Of a stretch of DNA of 63,473 nucleotides, positions 37,231-47,050 are shown piece after piece. Every line of letters begins with the position of its first letter. Position 1 is the first letter of the stretch. Origin of the DNA: Candidatus Woesearchaeota archaeon. GTDB taxonomy: Archaea > Nanobdellota > Nanobdellia > Woesearchaeales > JAIPIC01. Both the position numbers and the translations under genes were made by a program. Under the pieces are notes generated by a model. It had not been told where the DNA came from and searched no databases. It saw nothing but the letters and a program-made list of their open reading frames with translations. The stretch is taken from NCBI GenBank assembly GCA_021734865.1, contig JAIPIC010000002.1, positions 1-63,473 on the forward strand. Reading direction: 5' to 3'.

Positions 37231-37487
37231 TTAAGAAGATCGTCGATCGGTTTAGATTTCTTAACTGGTTTAGCTTCAGTTTTAGCTGATTTTGTAAGAT
37301 CAATACCTAATTCCTGAAGTGCCTTAACATGCATTTGCATAAGCTGCTCCACGATATTGAGAATCTTCATCATTTCGGTTCTCTCCTTGGCTAAAGTGCT
37401 CAGAGCTCCCTTATGAAATCCGATCTGCTCGTCTTTACTTACTCCTTTGTCTGGAGTGGCTGCTTGTTTTTCAGTCATAATTATCAC
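37227..37487 (-). CDS. small helical protein, function unknown
   Basis: 86-aa ORF with an ATGA overlap onto DUF371. Predicted helical, with a Lys-rich tail. Confidence 0.45.
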   Translation of the reverse strand: MIIMTEKQAATPDKGVSKDEQIGFHKGALSTLAKERTEMMKILNIVEQLMQMHVKALQELGIDLTKSAKTEAKPVKKSKPIDDLLK

Positions 37488-37630
37488 CTGTTTAATATTA
37501 TTTTAGCTGGTTTATCAGCGTTAATATCCTATTAATATATATACAGTCGATGAACGTTTATATTCTTTTCGATTATTTGAGTCACTCTACCCGCAAAATA
37601 TTTATAGTGACTCTCCGAGTAATATACAAT

Positions 37631-38533
37631 ATGGCAGATTACATCGGTGTCGATATAGGTGGTACCTCCATAAAGGCTTGTAAAGTCACTCTGACCGGTC
37701 ATGGCAGCAAGATAAAACACTCGATCAGCGGATTCTCAGAGACACCCACATATCGTCTTGGCAAAACAAAAAATGATTTTATCCAAAACATAGTAGAAAT
37801 CATCGAGAGTCTCTATGACAGTTCCATTAAAGGAATAGGGATGGGCTTTCCTACAGCTATTCGAGGTCCAACAAAACCACTCTACAACTTTCCAAATATT
37901 CCCTACAAAAAAGTTGATATACATCCAATTCTGGCAAAAAAATTCAGAAAACCGATTATGATGGATAATGATGCCAGCTGTTACATCCTCGGTGAAGCAA
38001 TAGTTGGAGCAGGTAAAAAATATCGTCATGTTATTGGAATTACTCTTGGTACAGGGATTGGTGGAGGCATAGTTACAGATAAGAAACTCTTCAGAGGAAG
38101 ATATACCGCTGGCGAATTTGGTCATATGACAATAAAATATGACGGCCCACAAGGCTACCGTAATAATCCTTGGGAAGAAATAGCAGCAAAAAGAGGTATA
38201 ATTAAAATCGCAAAGAAGAATAAACTGGATATCTCTGAACCAAAGGAATTATATGACCTGGCTGTTAAAGGCAATAAGACAGCACTCAAATGCTTTGAAG
38301 AATACGGTGAGATCCTTGGAATTGGAATAACCAATCTCATATATGCACTCGATCCTGAGGTTGTCATCATTGGAGGAAAAATCTCAAAATCGTTCAGATA
38401 CTTCTCAAAAACACTAAAATCAACTATCAAAGAAAGATCATATATGCAGCCAGTAATAATATTGAAGGCCAGTCTCGGACAGAAAGCTGCGGTGATAGGT
38501 GCATCCTTATTATTGATGAGCCATAATCGATGA
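37631..38533 (+). CDS. ROK-family sugar kinase (glucokinase-like) lacking the zinc-cysteine motif
   Basis: ATG 37631. IGVDIGGTSIKA, DNDASCYILGE, GTGIGGG, GEFGHM. The canonical CxCGxxGCxE is replaced by PQGYRNNPWEE. Confidence 0.8.
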   Translation: MADYIGVDIGGTSIKACKVTLTGHGSKIKHSISGFSETPTYRLGKTKNDFIQNIVEIIESLYDSSIKGIGMGFPTAIRGPTKPLYNFPNIPYKKVDIHPILAKKFRKPIMMDNDASCYILGEAIVGAGKKYRHVIGITLGTGIGGGIVTDKKLFRGRYTAGEFGHMTIKYDGPQGYRNNPWEEIAAKRGIIKIAKKNKLDISEPKELYDLAVKGNKTALKCFEEYGEILGIGITNLIYALDPEVVIIGGKISKSFRYFSKTLKSTIKERSYMQPVIILKASLGQKAAVIGASLLLMSHNR

Positions 38534-38615
38534 ACTAGGTCAGCCAGACTGAGTGAGTTATAATGAGTAACTGGACTCACAAAATTTTTTAAATTACTCT
38601 TTCTTACCAAAATAT

Positions 38616-41105
38616 ATGCTTGTCAAGTCTCTGAAACTCAAGAACATCCGGAGCTATAAATCTCTGCAGATTAGTCTGGACAAAGGTATCACTCTCCTCT
38701 CAGGTGATATAGGTACCGGAAAATCAACAATACTTCTATCGATAGAATTTGCACTCTTCGGACTGAAAAGAGGGGAAATCAGCGGAGGAATGATCCTCAG
38801 GCATGGCGAGAATGAAGGGTCAGTCGATCTGCAGTTTAGTGTCGGCAATAAAGATGTAATAATAATAAGGGCCCTAAAAAACAAAAACGGTCGTATCAAT
38901 CAGGAAGCAGGAATGATAATTATCGACGGAGTAAAAGAAGAACTTACAGCTTCTGAACTCAAGACAAGGGTCTATGAACTTTTAGGATATCCCTCAGAGA
39001 TTCTATCAAAATCAAAAGACCTCATCTTCAGATATACAGTATATACACCACAGGAAACAATGAAACAGATACTTCTCGACGATGATGAGACACGCCTTGA
39101 TATAATTCGCCGGATATTTAACATAGACAAATATAAGAGAATCAAAGATAACGTAGATGTCCTATCAAAATCCTTCCGAGACAACATCCGCTTTCTTGAG
39201 GGAAAAACAGATTCCCAAGCTCGCATAGAGAATTCATTGAAGGAAATCACAAAAAAACTGGTCGAAAAATCACCTGAGAAAGATATACTGGAAAAACAAC
39301 ACAATGAATTGAAAGAGACCATTGAGCAGTATGAATTAAAATACAAGGAATATAGGGATGTCCAAGACCAGTATAATAAAATTAATAGCCAAAAAGAGAA
39401 TCTGCTTTCTGAGATCAAGCACGCAGCAGAACAACGGCACAAGATATTAAGCCGTGTAAATGAGACTGAAAAAGAGCTGGAATCTCTCCAAAATGATTGT
39501 GATAAAGCAGAGAAAAAAATATCACTATCTGAAATATCTGGAAAAGGGGCTGACGATATCAAAGAAAGACTTGATAAAGCATATCAAAAAATTACAGAAC
39601 AGACCAATCTTCGTAAAAACCTTGCTGATCAGATAAAATCTGCTAAAGATAATATTATCGAACTTAAGTCTGAAATAGGGCTCAAGGGAGACCAGATTGA
39701 ACAGACTGAAAATAAACTCAACATTCTGAAATCCAAAGCACAGCATATGCTAAGATCATCTGATGATATCAAAGCACAGATTTCAGAATTGACTCAGGAA
39801 GAACAAAAAATAATCTCTGAGATCGGTTCAATCCAGGCCCAACTAGATTCTTCATTAAAAACTATCAAACAAGTATCAGAACTGGATTACTGTCCAATGT
39901 GCAGACAAACTGTTACGTCAGAACATAAGCACAAAATTGACAGCGACGAAAAAGATAAAATCTCAGAATCTCAACTTAAAAAAACTCAACTCAGCAAAAA
40001 AAGAGATGAAATAATCACAGAGATTACAAAGGCTCAAAAAGAGTTGGACGCAACTCTTCAATATGCTTCTGTAAAAGAACAGGAAAAGTTGGTTAATCAG
40101 CATATCTTATCCCAAAAAGACGAACTTAAAATTCTAATCCAAAAAAGAGACAAAACAGAACAAAACCTCAAAGAACTCGAGAAAGCTCTTTCATCAATGC
40201 CAGATATCAAGAAATCCGAGCAGGAATATACTGTTCTAAAAGACACATATGAGAAAATATCTGAGATTAAAACTTTAAAATCACGTGTTGAGCTGCAAAA
40301 GGCAGCAATAGATGACAAGAAAAAATTGATTGATACATATAAAATTGATGCTGGTGATTACAAAGAAAAGGTGGCTCAGGCGAATAAACAGGTTATTGAA
40401 ATGGATTCTTCGCTTATAAAGATGAAAGAGGAAATCAATAAGTCAAACCAAATAGAAGAAGAACTAAAAAAAGTCAAAAACAAAGAACGAGAAGTTGACT
40501 TGAAGCGTGAAAGACTGGAATCAGACCAAAGAGCAATAATGGATCATATGGAATCATTGAAGAAAGAAGCAGAGGATCTAAAAAAACAGAGATTAGAGAT
40601 TAAAAAACTGATAAATACAAAGAACTGGGTTGAAGATACATTTAAAAATCTGATAACCAACATAGAACAGCACGTCATGATGAGTATATACAGTGAGTTT
40701 AATGATTATTTTGTCAGATGGTTTGAACTTCTCTTAGAGGATGATATTGTGCAGGTCAGATTGGATGATAAATTCAATCCAGTAATCATGCAGAATGGTT
40801 ATGAAACTGGATTTGAGAACCTTTCAGGCGGAGAAAAGACAGCGCTTTCACTGGCATACAGGCTTTCTCTCAACAAGGTCATAAATAATTTTGTCGGACA
40901 GATAAATACTAAGGACATAATTATTCTGGATGAGCCAACCGACGGCTTCTCGTCTGAACAACTTGACAAAATACGCGAAGTACTTGTTTTACTTGGCTTA
41001 AAACAGATAATCATAGTCTCGCACGAACAAAAAATAGAAGGATATGTGGACTATGTGATATCCATCTCTAAACAGAATCATATCAGCAGTGCAGATGCCT
41101 ACTAA
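38616..41105 (+). CDS. rad50: Rad50 DNA double-strand-break repair ATPase
   Basis: Walker A GDIGTGKST, long K/E coiled coil, zinc hook CPMC, signature LSGGEKTALSLA, Walker B IIILDEPTDGF, H-loop VSHE. Confidence 0.85.
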   Translation: MLVKSLKLKNIRSYKSLQISLDKGITLLSGDIGTGKSTILLSIEFALFGLKRGEISGGMILRHGENEGSVDLQFSVGNKDVIIIRALKNKNGRINQEAGMIIIDGVKEELTASELKTRVYELLGYPSEILSKSKDLIFRYTVYTPQETMKQILLDDDETRLDIIRRIFNIDKYKRIKDNVDVLSKSFRDNIRFLEGKTDSQARIENSLKEITKKLVEKSPEKDILEKQHNELKETIEQYELKYKEYRDVQDQYNKINSQKENLLSEIKHAAEQRHKILSRVNETEKELESLQNDCDKAEKKISLSEISGKGADDIKERLDKAYQKITEQTNLRKNLADQIKSAKDNIIELKSEIGLKGDQIEQTENKLNILKSKAQHMLRSSDDIKAQISELTQEEQKIISEIGSIQAQLDSSLKTIKQVSELDYCPMCRQTVTSEHKHKIDSDEKDKISESQLKKTQLSKKRDEIITEITKAQKELDATLQYASVKEQEKLVNQHILSQKDELKILIQKRDKTEQNLKELEKALSSMPDIKKSEQEYTVLKDTYEKISEIKTLKSRVELQKAAIDDKKKLIDTYKIDAGDYKEKVAQANKQVIEMDSSLIKMKEEINKSNQIEEELKKVKNKEREVDLKRERLESDQRAIMDHMESLKKEAEDLKKQRLEIKKLINTKNWVEDTFKNLITNIEQHVMMSIYSEFNDYFVRWFELLLEDDIVQVRLDDKFNPVIMQNGYETGFENLSGGEKTALSLAYRLSLNKVINNFVGQINTKDIIILDEPTDGFSSEQLDKIREVLVLLGLKQIIIVSHEQKIEGYVDYVISISKQNHISSADAY

Positions 41106-41866
41106 TTATTCTTAGACCTAATTGTCGACAGATTTTTCGTCTTCTCTAACTGCAGTACAGCTTTAGCAAGTTGCTCTCCACCGACCACATCTGGCACAAC
41201 TACAATTTGGGCACCAACTTTATGCAGTCTATTAACAGCCCTTTCTGTGTCTGCACTAGCAGCATAAATAGTCTTTGGATTGAGCTCAGTAGCAGTCATG
41301 ATCAGGTATATGTTATCTGCATCTTCACCAAGTGTCGCAATAAGTACCTTAGCCTGCGCCAGATTAGCCTGCTTAAGAACATCTACGTCCAAAGCATCTC
41401 CCTGGATAACAGGAATACCATCATTCAAGAGTTTTGAAACTTTTTCTGGATCTTTTTCAATCACGACCAGTTTCTCTTTTTCCTCTATAAGATTTTCTGA
41501 CGCATATTCACCCAATCTTCCATATCCACAAATTATGACGTGATTTTTTTCTTTTTTCATTCTGATGAATCCTCCTCTGAGGCCTGTAAGGACCTTAATG
41601 GTCTGACCTTCGATGACAATCCTTGCCATCAAGGTAACCAGGTAGACCGCTGTTCCCATTCCAAGAAACACCATACCAGCACCAAACAACTTGCCTGCTG
41701 TGGTCGTTGGAACAAAATGCGAACCGACTGATGTTATTGTAAAAAAAGTATAATGAAAAGCATCGATAACTTCAAGACCTTCAGTGACATGATAAAAATA
41801 TGTCCCTGCTAAAATAAGTCCAGTAAGTAATGTTAGGCCAACAAGTATTTCATGGATCTTTCCCAT
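41102..41866 (-). CDS. MthK-like 2-TM channel with RCK/TrkA-N domain and a degenerate selectivity filter
   Basis: Two TM helices flank a pore-like FTITSVGSHFVP. RCK Rossmann motif HVIICGYGRLGE. Confidence 0.7.
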   Translation of the reverse strand: MGKIHEILVGLTLLTGLILAGTYFYHVTEGLEVIDAFHYTFFTITSVGSHFVPTTTAGKLFGAGMVFLGMGTAVYLVTLMARIVIEGQTIKVLTGLRGGFIRMKKEKNHVIICGYGRLGEYASENLIEEKEKLVVIEKDPEKVSKLLNDGIPVIQGDALDVDVLKQANLAQAKVLIATLGEDADNIYLIMTATELNPKTIYAASADTERAVNRLHKVGAQIVVVPDVVGGEQLAKAVLQLEKTKNLSTIRSKNN

Positions 41867-42068
41867 ATGAAAAACTTAGTCTGGCATATATATTAATGTT
41901 TCTCAGATATTTACCAAATTGCTGTGAATAATAACAAATAGTATGTTTATTTGTTTTGACTGAGGCGTACTTAATGCTTGTAATCACTGCAGTATACTAA
42001 ATCACCAAAAAATTTATATATATTTTTACATTTAAGACTGTTATAATGTTTGCGGAGGCTGGGTTATT

Positions 42069-43853
42069 ATGAAGATCATTACAGTTATAGTTTTAGTTTC
42101 TTTATTTGGAATGCTTATTATGGGTTGTCAGACTACAGGACAAGTGGTAACCGGAACACAGAATGGTACGGATCTTGACTTTGATCTCAAGGACGATACA
42201 TGTCCTCCTGTTCCATCTTGTGATGCCTGTGAAAAACAATGTGCGGATAAATCTGAAGTTGCAGGTACTGAAGATGATGGAGCAACTGATGATAAAGATA
42301 ACACTGATGTTACAGATGATAGTTCAGATATGGATGGAGATGATGGTTCAGTTATGGATGGTGTACAGGAAATAGATACACCTTACAAGATTATTGTCAA
42401 TGAGACAGAACTTGTCAAAGTTAATCTTGTTGCAGTTGATCCTGATGGAGATACTGTAACATATAAATTTGGAGCTCCGCTCGGCGAAGATGGTGAATGG
42501 CAAACTGAGATTGGAGATGCTGGTGAATATGTAGTCAATGTAATTGCAAGTGACGGCAAAGAAGAAACATCAACTGAAGTTGTATTGATTGTCCTTCCTC
42601 TAAATAATCAGCCTGTTATAACTGGTTTTGATGATATGACTGTTTCAGAAGGTGGGACCATTACCCTATCACCCACTGTAACCGACAAAGATGGAGATGA
42701 ATTAACTATCACATACAGTGGATTCATGACTGAACCTGAATATACAACGACCTATCAGGATGCAGGGGCGCACGAAGTCACACTGACAGCTGATGATGGT
42801 ACAACAACAGTCTCAAAAACAATAACAATAACAGTTGAGAATGTTAATCGTGCTCCAACACTGACAATCGATTCTGAAATTACAGCTTATGAAGGTGATC
42901 TTGTTGAACTTTCTGCAGAAGTATCAGATCCTGATGGAGAAGATATTGTCGTTAGTTACGGAACACCATTCAACCAGCAAGGTGAGTGGCAGACAAAAGT
43001 GGGAGATGAAGGTGAATATGAGATTAAAGTTATTGCAACAGATGGTTCTATCAAGGAAGAAAAGACCGTCCAACTAACTATCATCCCATTGAACAGTAAA
43101 CCAGTAATTACAATGGATTCAGATCTGTATTATGATGAAGGAGACAATATTGTGCTTAATCCAGAAGTAGTAGATTCAGACGGTGATGATGTAATCCTCT
43201 CCTATAGCGGTTGGATGAAAAAATCATCGTACCAAACAACTTACGATGATGCTGGTGTCTATGAAGTCACTGTAGAGGCTTACGATGGTTATGAGACTGT
43301 TGAGAAGACTATAACCATAACCGTGGCTGATGTCAATAGAGCTCCTGTGCTTAGCGCAATAGCAGGGGTGACTGTCACAGAGGGAGAAATGGTAACTCTT
43401 AATCCAACAGCTACAGATCCAGACGGTGATGACATTGTAATCAGTTTTGGAACACCTTTCAGCCAGAAAGGCGAGTGGCAAACAAAACAAGGAGATGCTG
43501 GTGAATACAGCGTTCAGATTCTTGCAACTGATGGTGACCTAAAGGATTCCAAATACGTGGATATAACTATCTTGTCAGCTAACAAGAAACCAGTCATTGA
43601 AATATCTGGTGAGATGACTTTTGATGAAGGAGATGTAATAACTCTTGATCCAAAAGTAACTGATGGAGATGGGGATGATGTACAAATATCTTACAGCGGC
43701 TGGATGACATCATCAACATATACAACCAACTACGATGATGCTGGTGTATATGAAGTAATCATCTCAGCAGATGATGGAACAGATACTGTTCAGAAGACTG
43801 TTAAGATTACTGTAAATAACAAGAACAGACCTCCTGTTTTTGTCAGTAATTAA
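42069..43853 (+). CDS. lipobox-bearing surface protein with alternating cadherin/Ig-like repeats
   Basis: LIMGC lipobox-like signal and an acidic linker. A ~160-aa super-repeat occurs about 3.5 times (DPDGD starts at 42447, 42927, 43416). Motifs DPDGD..., GEWQT..GDxGEY, YDDAGVYEV and ITVxxVNRxP recur. Confidence 0.7.
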   Translation: MKIITVIVLVSLFGMLIMGCQTTGQVVTGTQNGTDLDFDLKDDTCPPVPSCDACEKQCADKSEVAGTEDDGATDDKDNTDVTDDSSDMDGDDGSVMDGVQEIDTPYKIIVNETELVKVNLVAVDPDGDTVTYKFGAPLGEDGEWQTEIGDAGEYVVNVIASDGKEETSTEVVLIVLPLNNQPVITGFDDMTVSEGGTITLSPTVTDKDGDELTITYSGFMTEPEYTTTYQDAGAHEVTLTADDGTTTVSKTITITVENVNRAPTLTIDSEITAYEGDLVELSAEVSDPDGEDIVVSYGTPFNQQGEWQTKVGDEGEYEIKVIATDGSIKEEKTVQLTIIPLNSKPVITMDSDLYYDEGDNIVLNPEVVDSDGDDVILSYSGWMKKSSYQTTYDDAGVYEVTVEAYDGYETVEKTITITVADVNRAPVLSAIAGVTVTEGEMVTLNPTATDPDGDDIVISFGTPFSQKGEWQTKQGDAGEYSVQILATDGDLKDSKYVDITILSANKKPVIEISGEMTFDEGDVITLDPKVTDGDGDDVQISYSGWMTSSTYTTNYDDAGVYEVIISADDGTDTVQKTVKITVNNKNRPPVFVSN

Positions 43854-43965
43854 TTTTTTCTTTTTTTAACTATTTTTTATTTATATTATTCGCAGATAGG
43901 CAAATAATCGAAATATTTATATCAAACATCAATTATTGGCAATAAAAAAGTTTTTGGTGATGCAA

Positions 43966-44097
43966 ATGGCTGACGAAAAGATTTGCTCTTTTTGTGGATA
44001 TACCTTGGATGAAGATGAAGAGTGCTGTTCAGAATGCGGTAACAACATGGAAGATTATGATGAAGCTACATTAATGGCAGCGGATGAAGATTTTTAA
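43966..44097 (+). CDS. 43-aa acidic zinc-ribbon mini-protein (not in the ORF track)
   Basis: MADEKICSFCGYTLDEDEECCSECGNNMEDYDEATLMAADEDF carries a CxxC...CxxC pattern. Translated by hand. Confidence 0.4.
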   Translation: MADEKICSFCGYTLDEDEECCSECGNNMEDYDEATLMAADEDF

Positions 44098-44173
44098 ATT
44101 TTACGCAGGTAATATCCAAAATCTTTATTAATTCTTTATTATTGATTTCTTAAGGTGAAAATGAGGTGAGAAC

Positions 44174-45160
44174 ATGGATCCTATTATAAAGAGACTAAAT
44201 GAGAAATCACAAGAATATTCAGAGCTTATGGATAGCATTGAGCAAGAAATATCAAAAGTTATTGTTGGCCAGACCCATATCATAAAACGATTATTAATCT
44301 GTCTTGTTTCAGATGGCCATTTCCTTCTTGAAGGAGTTCCTGGTCTTGCAAAGACCATGCTTATTCGTACATTATCACAGGTTGTTAATGGATCATTTAA
44401 CAGAATTCAGTTTACGCCTGATCTCCTGCCTGCGGATATTGTTGGTACAAAGATTTACAACCATGAGACAGTATCTTTCACAACAAAAAAAGGTCCTGTC
44501 TTCGCAAATTTCATATTAGCTGATGAAATAAACCGGGCACCGCCTAAAGTACAATCTGCTCTTCTAGAATCCATGCAGGAACGCCAGGTAACTATCTCAG
44601 GAGATACATTTGATCTGGACAAACCATTTCTCGTTATGGCAACTCAAAACCCCATTGAGACAGAAGGCACATATAAACTGCCTGAAGCACAGGTTGACAG
44701 GTTCATGATGAAAGTACTGATTGATTATCCTTCAATGGATGAAGAAAAAATTATTATGAGCAGAATGACAGAAAAAACTGACCTATCTGTGAACAAAATC
44801 TTGACCTGTAATAAGATTATTGAAATTCAACAATTCTGCAGGGACATTTATGTCGATGATAAGATCAAAGATTATGTTGCTTCAATTATTGATATTACAA
44901 GAAACCCAGAATCTTATGGGATGAAGATTACAGAGCTAATTGATTATGGTGCATCACCAAGAGCATCAATCTGGCTGATAATGGCCTCAAAAGCAAATGC
45001 CATGATGGATGGACGTGGATATGTAATCCCAGAAGATATCATTGAAATGGCATATGATGTTCTGAGGCACCGGATAATTCTCAGTTATGAGGCTGAGGCA
45101 GAAGGCATAACCGTTGACAAGATAATTGCTGATATGCTTAAAACTGTCAAAGTACCATAA
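44174..45160 (+). CDS. MoxR-family AAA+ ATPase
   Basis: Walker A LLEGVPGLAKT, Walker B ILADEINRAPPKVQSALLE, QNPIETEGTYKLPEAQVDRF, GASPRA. Confidence 0.9.
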   Translation: MDPIIKRLNEKSQEYSELMDSIEQEISKVIVGQTHIIKRLLICLVSDGHFLLEGVPGLAKTMLIRTLSQVVNGSFNRIQFTPDLLPADIVGTKIYNHETVSFTTKKGPVFANFILADEINRAPPKVQSALLESMQERQVTISGDTFDLDKPFLVMATQNPIETEGTYKLPEAQVDRFMMKVLIDYPSMDEEKIIMSRMTEKTDLSVNKILTCNKIIEIQQFCRDIYVDDKIKDYVASIIDITRNPESYGMKITELIDYGASPRASIWLIMASKANAMMDGRGYVIPEDIIEMAYDVLRHRIILSYEAEAEGITVDKIIADMLKTVKVP

Positions 45161-45246
45161 ATAGACACAATGTTATTTAGGCCGACATTTTGATACAACA
45201 TGATCAAAAATTAACATTATCGATGAATCAAAGATAAAGTGATAAT

Positions 45247-46113
45247 ATGCAGCACGTACTTAAGGAAATAAAAAACATCGAAATTAAGACTCACAGGTTA
45301 GTTGAAGGACTCCTAACAGGAGCCTACCATTCCATATTCAAAGGGAGAGGAATTGAATTCAGCGACACCAGAGAATACATGCATGGGGACGATGTACGTG
45401 CCATTGACTGGAATGTGACTGCAAGATTCAACCACCCCTACATAAAGGAATATATCGAAGAGCGTGATCTCAATTTGTATATTATTTTTGATAATAGTGA
45501 CAGTGGTTCATTTGGAAATCAGAAGGCAAAACGAGATTTTATGATTAACATATCAGCATCTTTAATGTTTGCTGCACTAAAGAACAATGACAATGTATCT
45601 TTAGTTATGTATTCAGATCAAATTAATAAATACATCCCCCCCCGTAAGGGAAGAAAACACGTACTCAAATGCATTAGAGAACTAGTAATATCAAAGCCAA
45701 AAGGTGCAACATCAACATCAGCACCACTGAAATTCCTGTGTAATATCATAAAGAAGAGAAGCCTTATTATCCTTGTCTCAGATTTTCTTGATAAAGAACT
45801 GGAGACAAATAAGATGATCTACAGGTTAATCTCTGTCTTACAAAAAAGAAATCAACTTCTTGCATTGAGAGTATTTGATCCAAGAGAAGCTGAACTGCCT
45901 GATATTGGATACATTGAATTAGAAGACCCTGAGACTGGTGAACAGGCTCTGTTTGACACTTCCGACAAAAAATTCAGAAATGAGTACAAAAACAACTACA
46001 AAAGATTCACAGAAATGATTGCTTCAAGATTGAGATCATACAAGATATCTATGATACACCTAAATAATGAAGAAGACTTTGATTCTGCGCTTAGGAGGTA
46101 TTTCAAATGTTAA
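45247..46113 (+). CDS. DUF58 (vWA-like) protein, MoxR partner
   Basis: FKGRGIEFSDTREYMHGDDVRAIDWNVTAR is the DUF58 signature. Confidence 0.9.
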   Translation: MQHVLKEIKNIEIKTHRLVEGLLTGAYHSIFKGRGIEFSDTREYMHGDDVRAIDWNVTARFNHPYIKEYIEERDLNLYIIFDNSDSGSFGNQKAKRDFMINISASLMFAALKNNDNVSLVMYSDQINKYIPPRKGRKHVLKCIRELVISKPKGATSTSAPLKFLCNIIKKRSLIILVSDFLDKELETNKMIYRLISVLQKRNQLLALRVFDPREAELPDIGYIELEDPETGEQALFDTSDKKFRNEYKNNYKRFTEMIASRLRSYKISMIHLNNEEDFDSALRRYFKC

Positions 46114-47048
46114 GTTTTGCTTTCCCATCAGTACTCTGGGCACTGAGTGTAATTCCCATCTTTATTATATTCTATGTAATGGCCATCAGAAAAAAGAAAA
46201 AAGCAGCGATGAAATTCTCTAACCTGATGTTCATGGGCAACACAAAAAGGCCATGGCTTAGACAGAATTTGTCATTCATTTTAATTATGGCAGCAATGAT
46301 ACTCCTTATAATCGCTATAGCAGATCCCCACCTACCCCTAAAGCAAACACGGAAAGGAGTAAATGTTGTACTGGCTATTGACATATCAGGAAGCATGCAG
46401 GCGACAGACTATCAACCAACTCGTTTGGAAGCAGCAAAGGAAAGCGCAGAACTCCTCTTGGATAAACTTGAAGTAAATGATCATGTGGGAATTGTAGTGT
46501 TTGAGAGCGGAGCAACAACTGCAGCATATTTAAGCCCCCTCAAAGATAAAGTCATAAATAAATTACGAAACATCGAACCCAAAGACGGCATGACCGCAAT
46601 AGGAGATGGTCTGAGCCTTGCTGTAGACATGGCAAGTTCAATACCCAATAAAAAGAAAGTTATAATTCTATTAAGTGATGGAGTAAGCAATTCAGGAGTG
46701 ATTTCTCCAGAGGAAGCAGTAGTATTTGCAAAACTGAACAAAATCAAAGTATTTACAATTGGGATGGGGTCTGAAGAGCCCGTAGTCCTTGGATACGACT
46801 GGTTTGGACGTCCTCAATATGCTGAACTGGATGAAACAACACTAAAAAAGATAGCACAATCGACTGATGGTGAATATTTTAAGTCAGTTGATGATAACAC
46901 CCTTAAACGCATCTACACCCAGCTAACAACAAAGATTGAGAGGGAAAAAGAAGACACATCAATTAAGGATTATGTCATAGCCGCAGCATTCCTTGTATTG
47001 CTGGCTGAGCTTTACTTGAGATATGGACGGAAAAGGATACTTAACTGA
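46107..47048 (+). CDS. membrane-anchored von Willebrand factor A protein (BatA-like)
   Basis: N- and C-terminal TM helices. MIDAS motif LAIDISGSM...T...SDG. Confidence 0.85.
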   Translation: MLSFAFPSVLWALSVIPIFIIFYVMAIRKKKKAAMKFSNLMFMGNTKRPWLRQNLSFILIMAAMILLIIAIADPHLPLKQTRKGVNVVLAIDISGSMQATDYQPTRLEAAKESAELLLDKLEVNDHVGIVVFESGATTAAYLSPLKDKVINKLRNIEPKDGMTAIGDGLSLAVDMASSIPNKKKVIILLSDGVSNSGVISPEEAVVFAKLNKIKVFTIGMGSEEPVVLGYDWFGRPQYAELDETTLKKIAQSTDGEYFKSVDDNTLKRIYTQLTTKIEREKEDTSIKDYVIAAAFLVLLAELYLRYGRKRILN

Positions 47049-47050
47049 AA

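Noticed and set aside
38972-40318. Several minus-strand ORFs inside rad50
   Set aside because: The K/E-rich coiled-coil codons leave antisense frames open. None has a motif.
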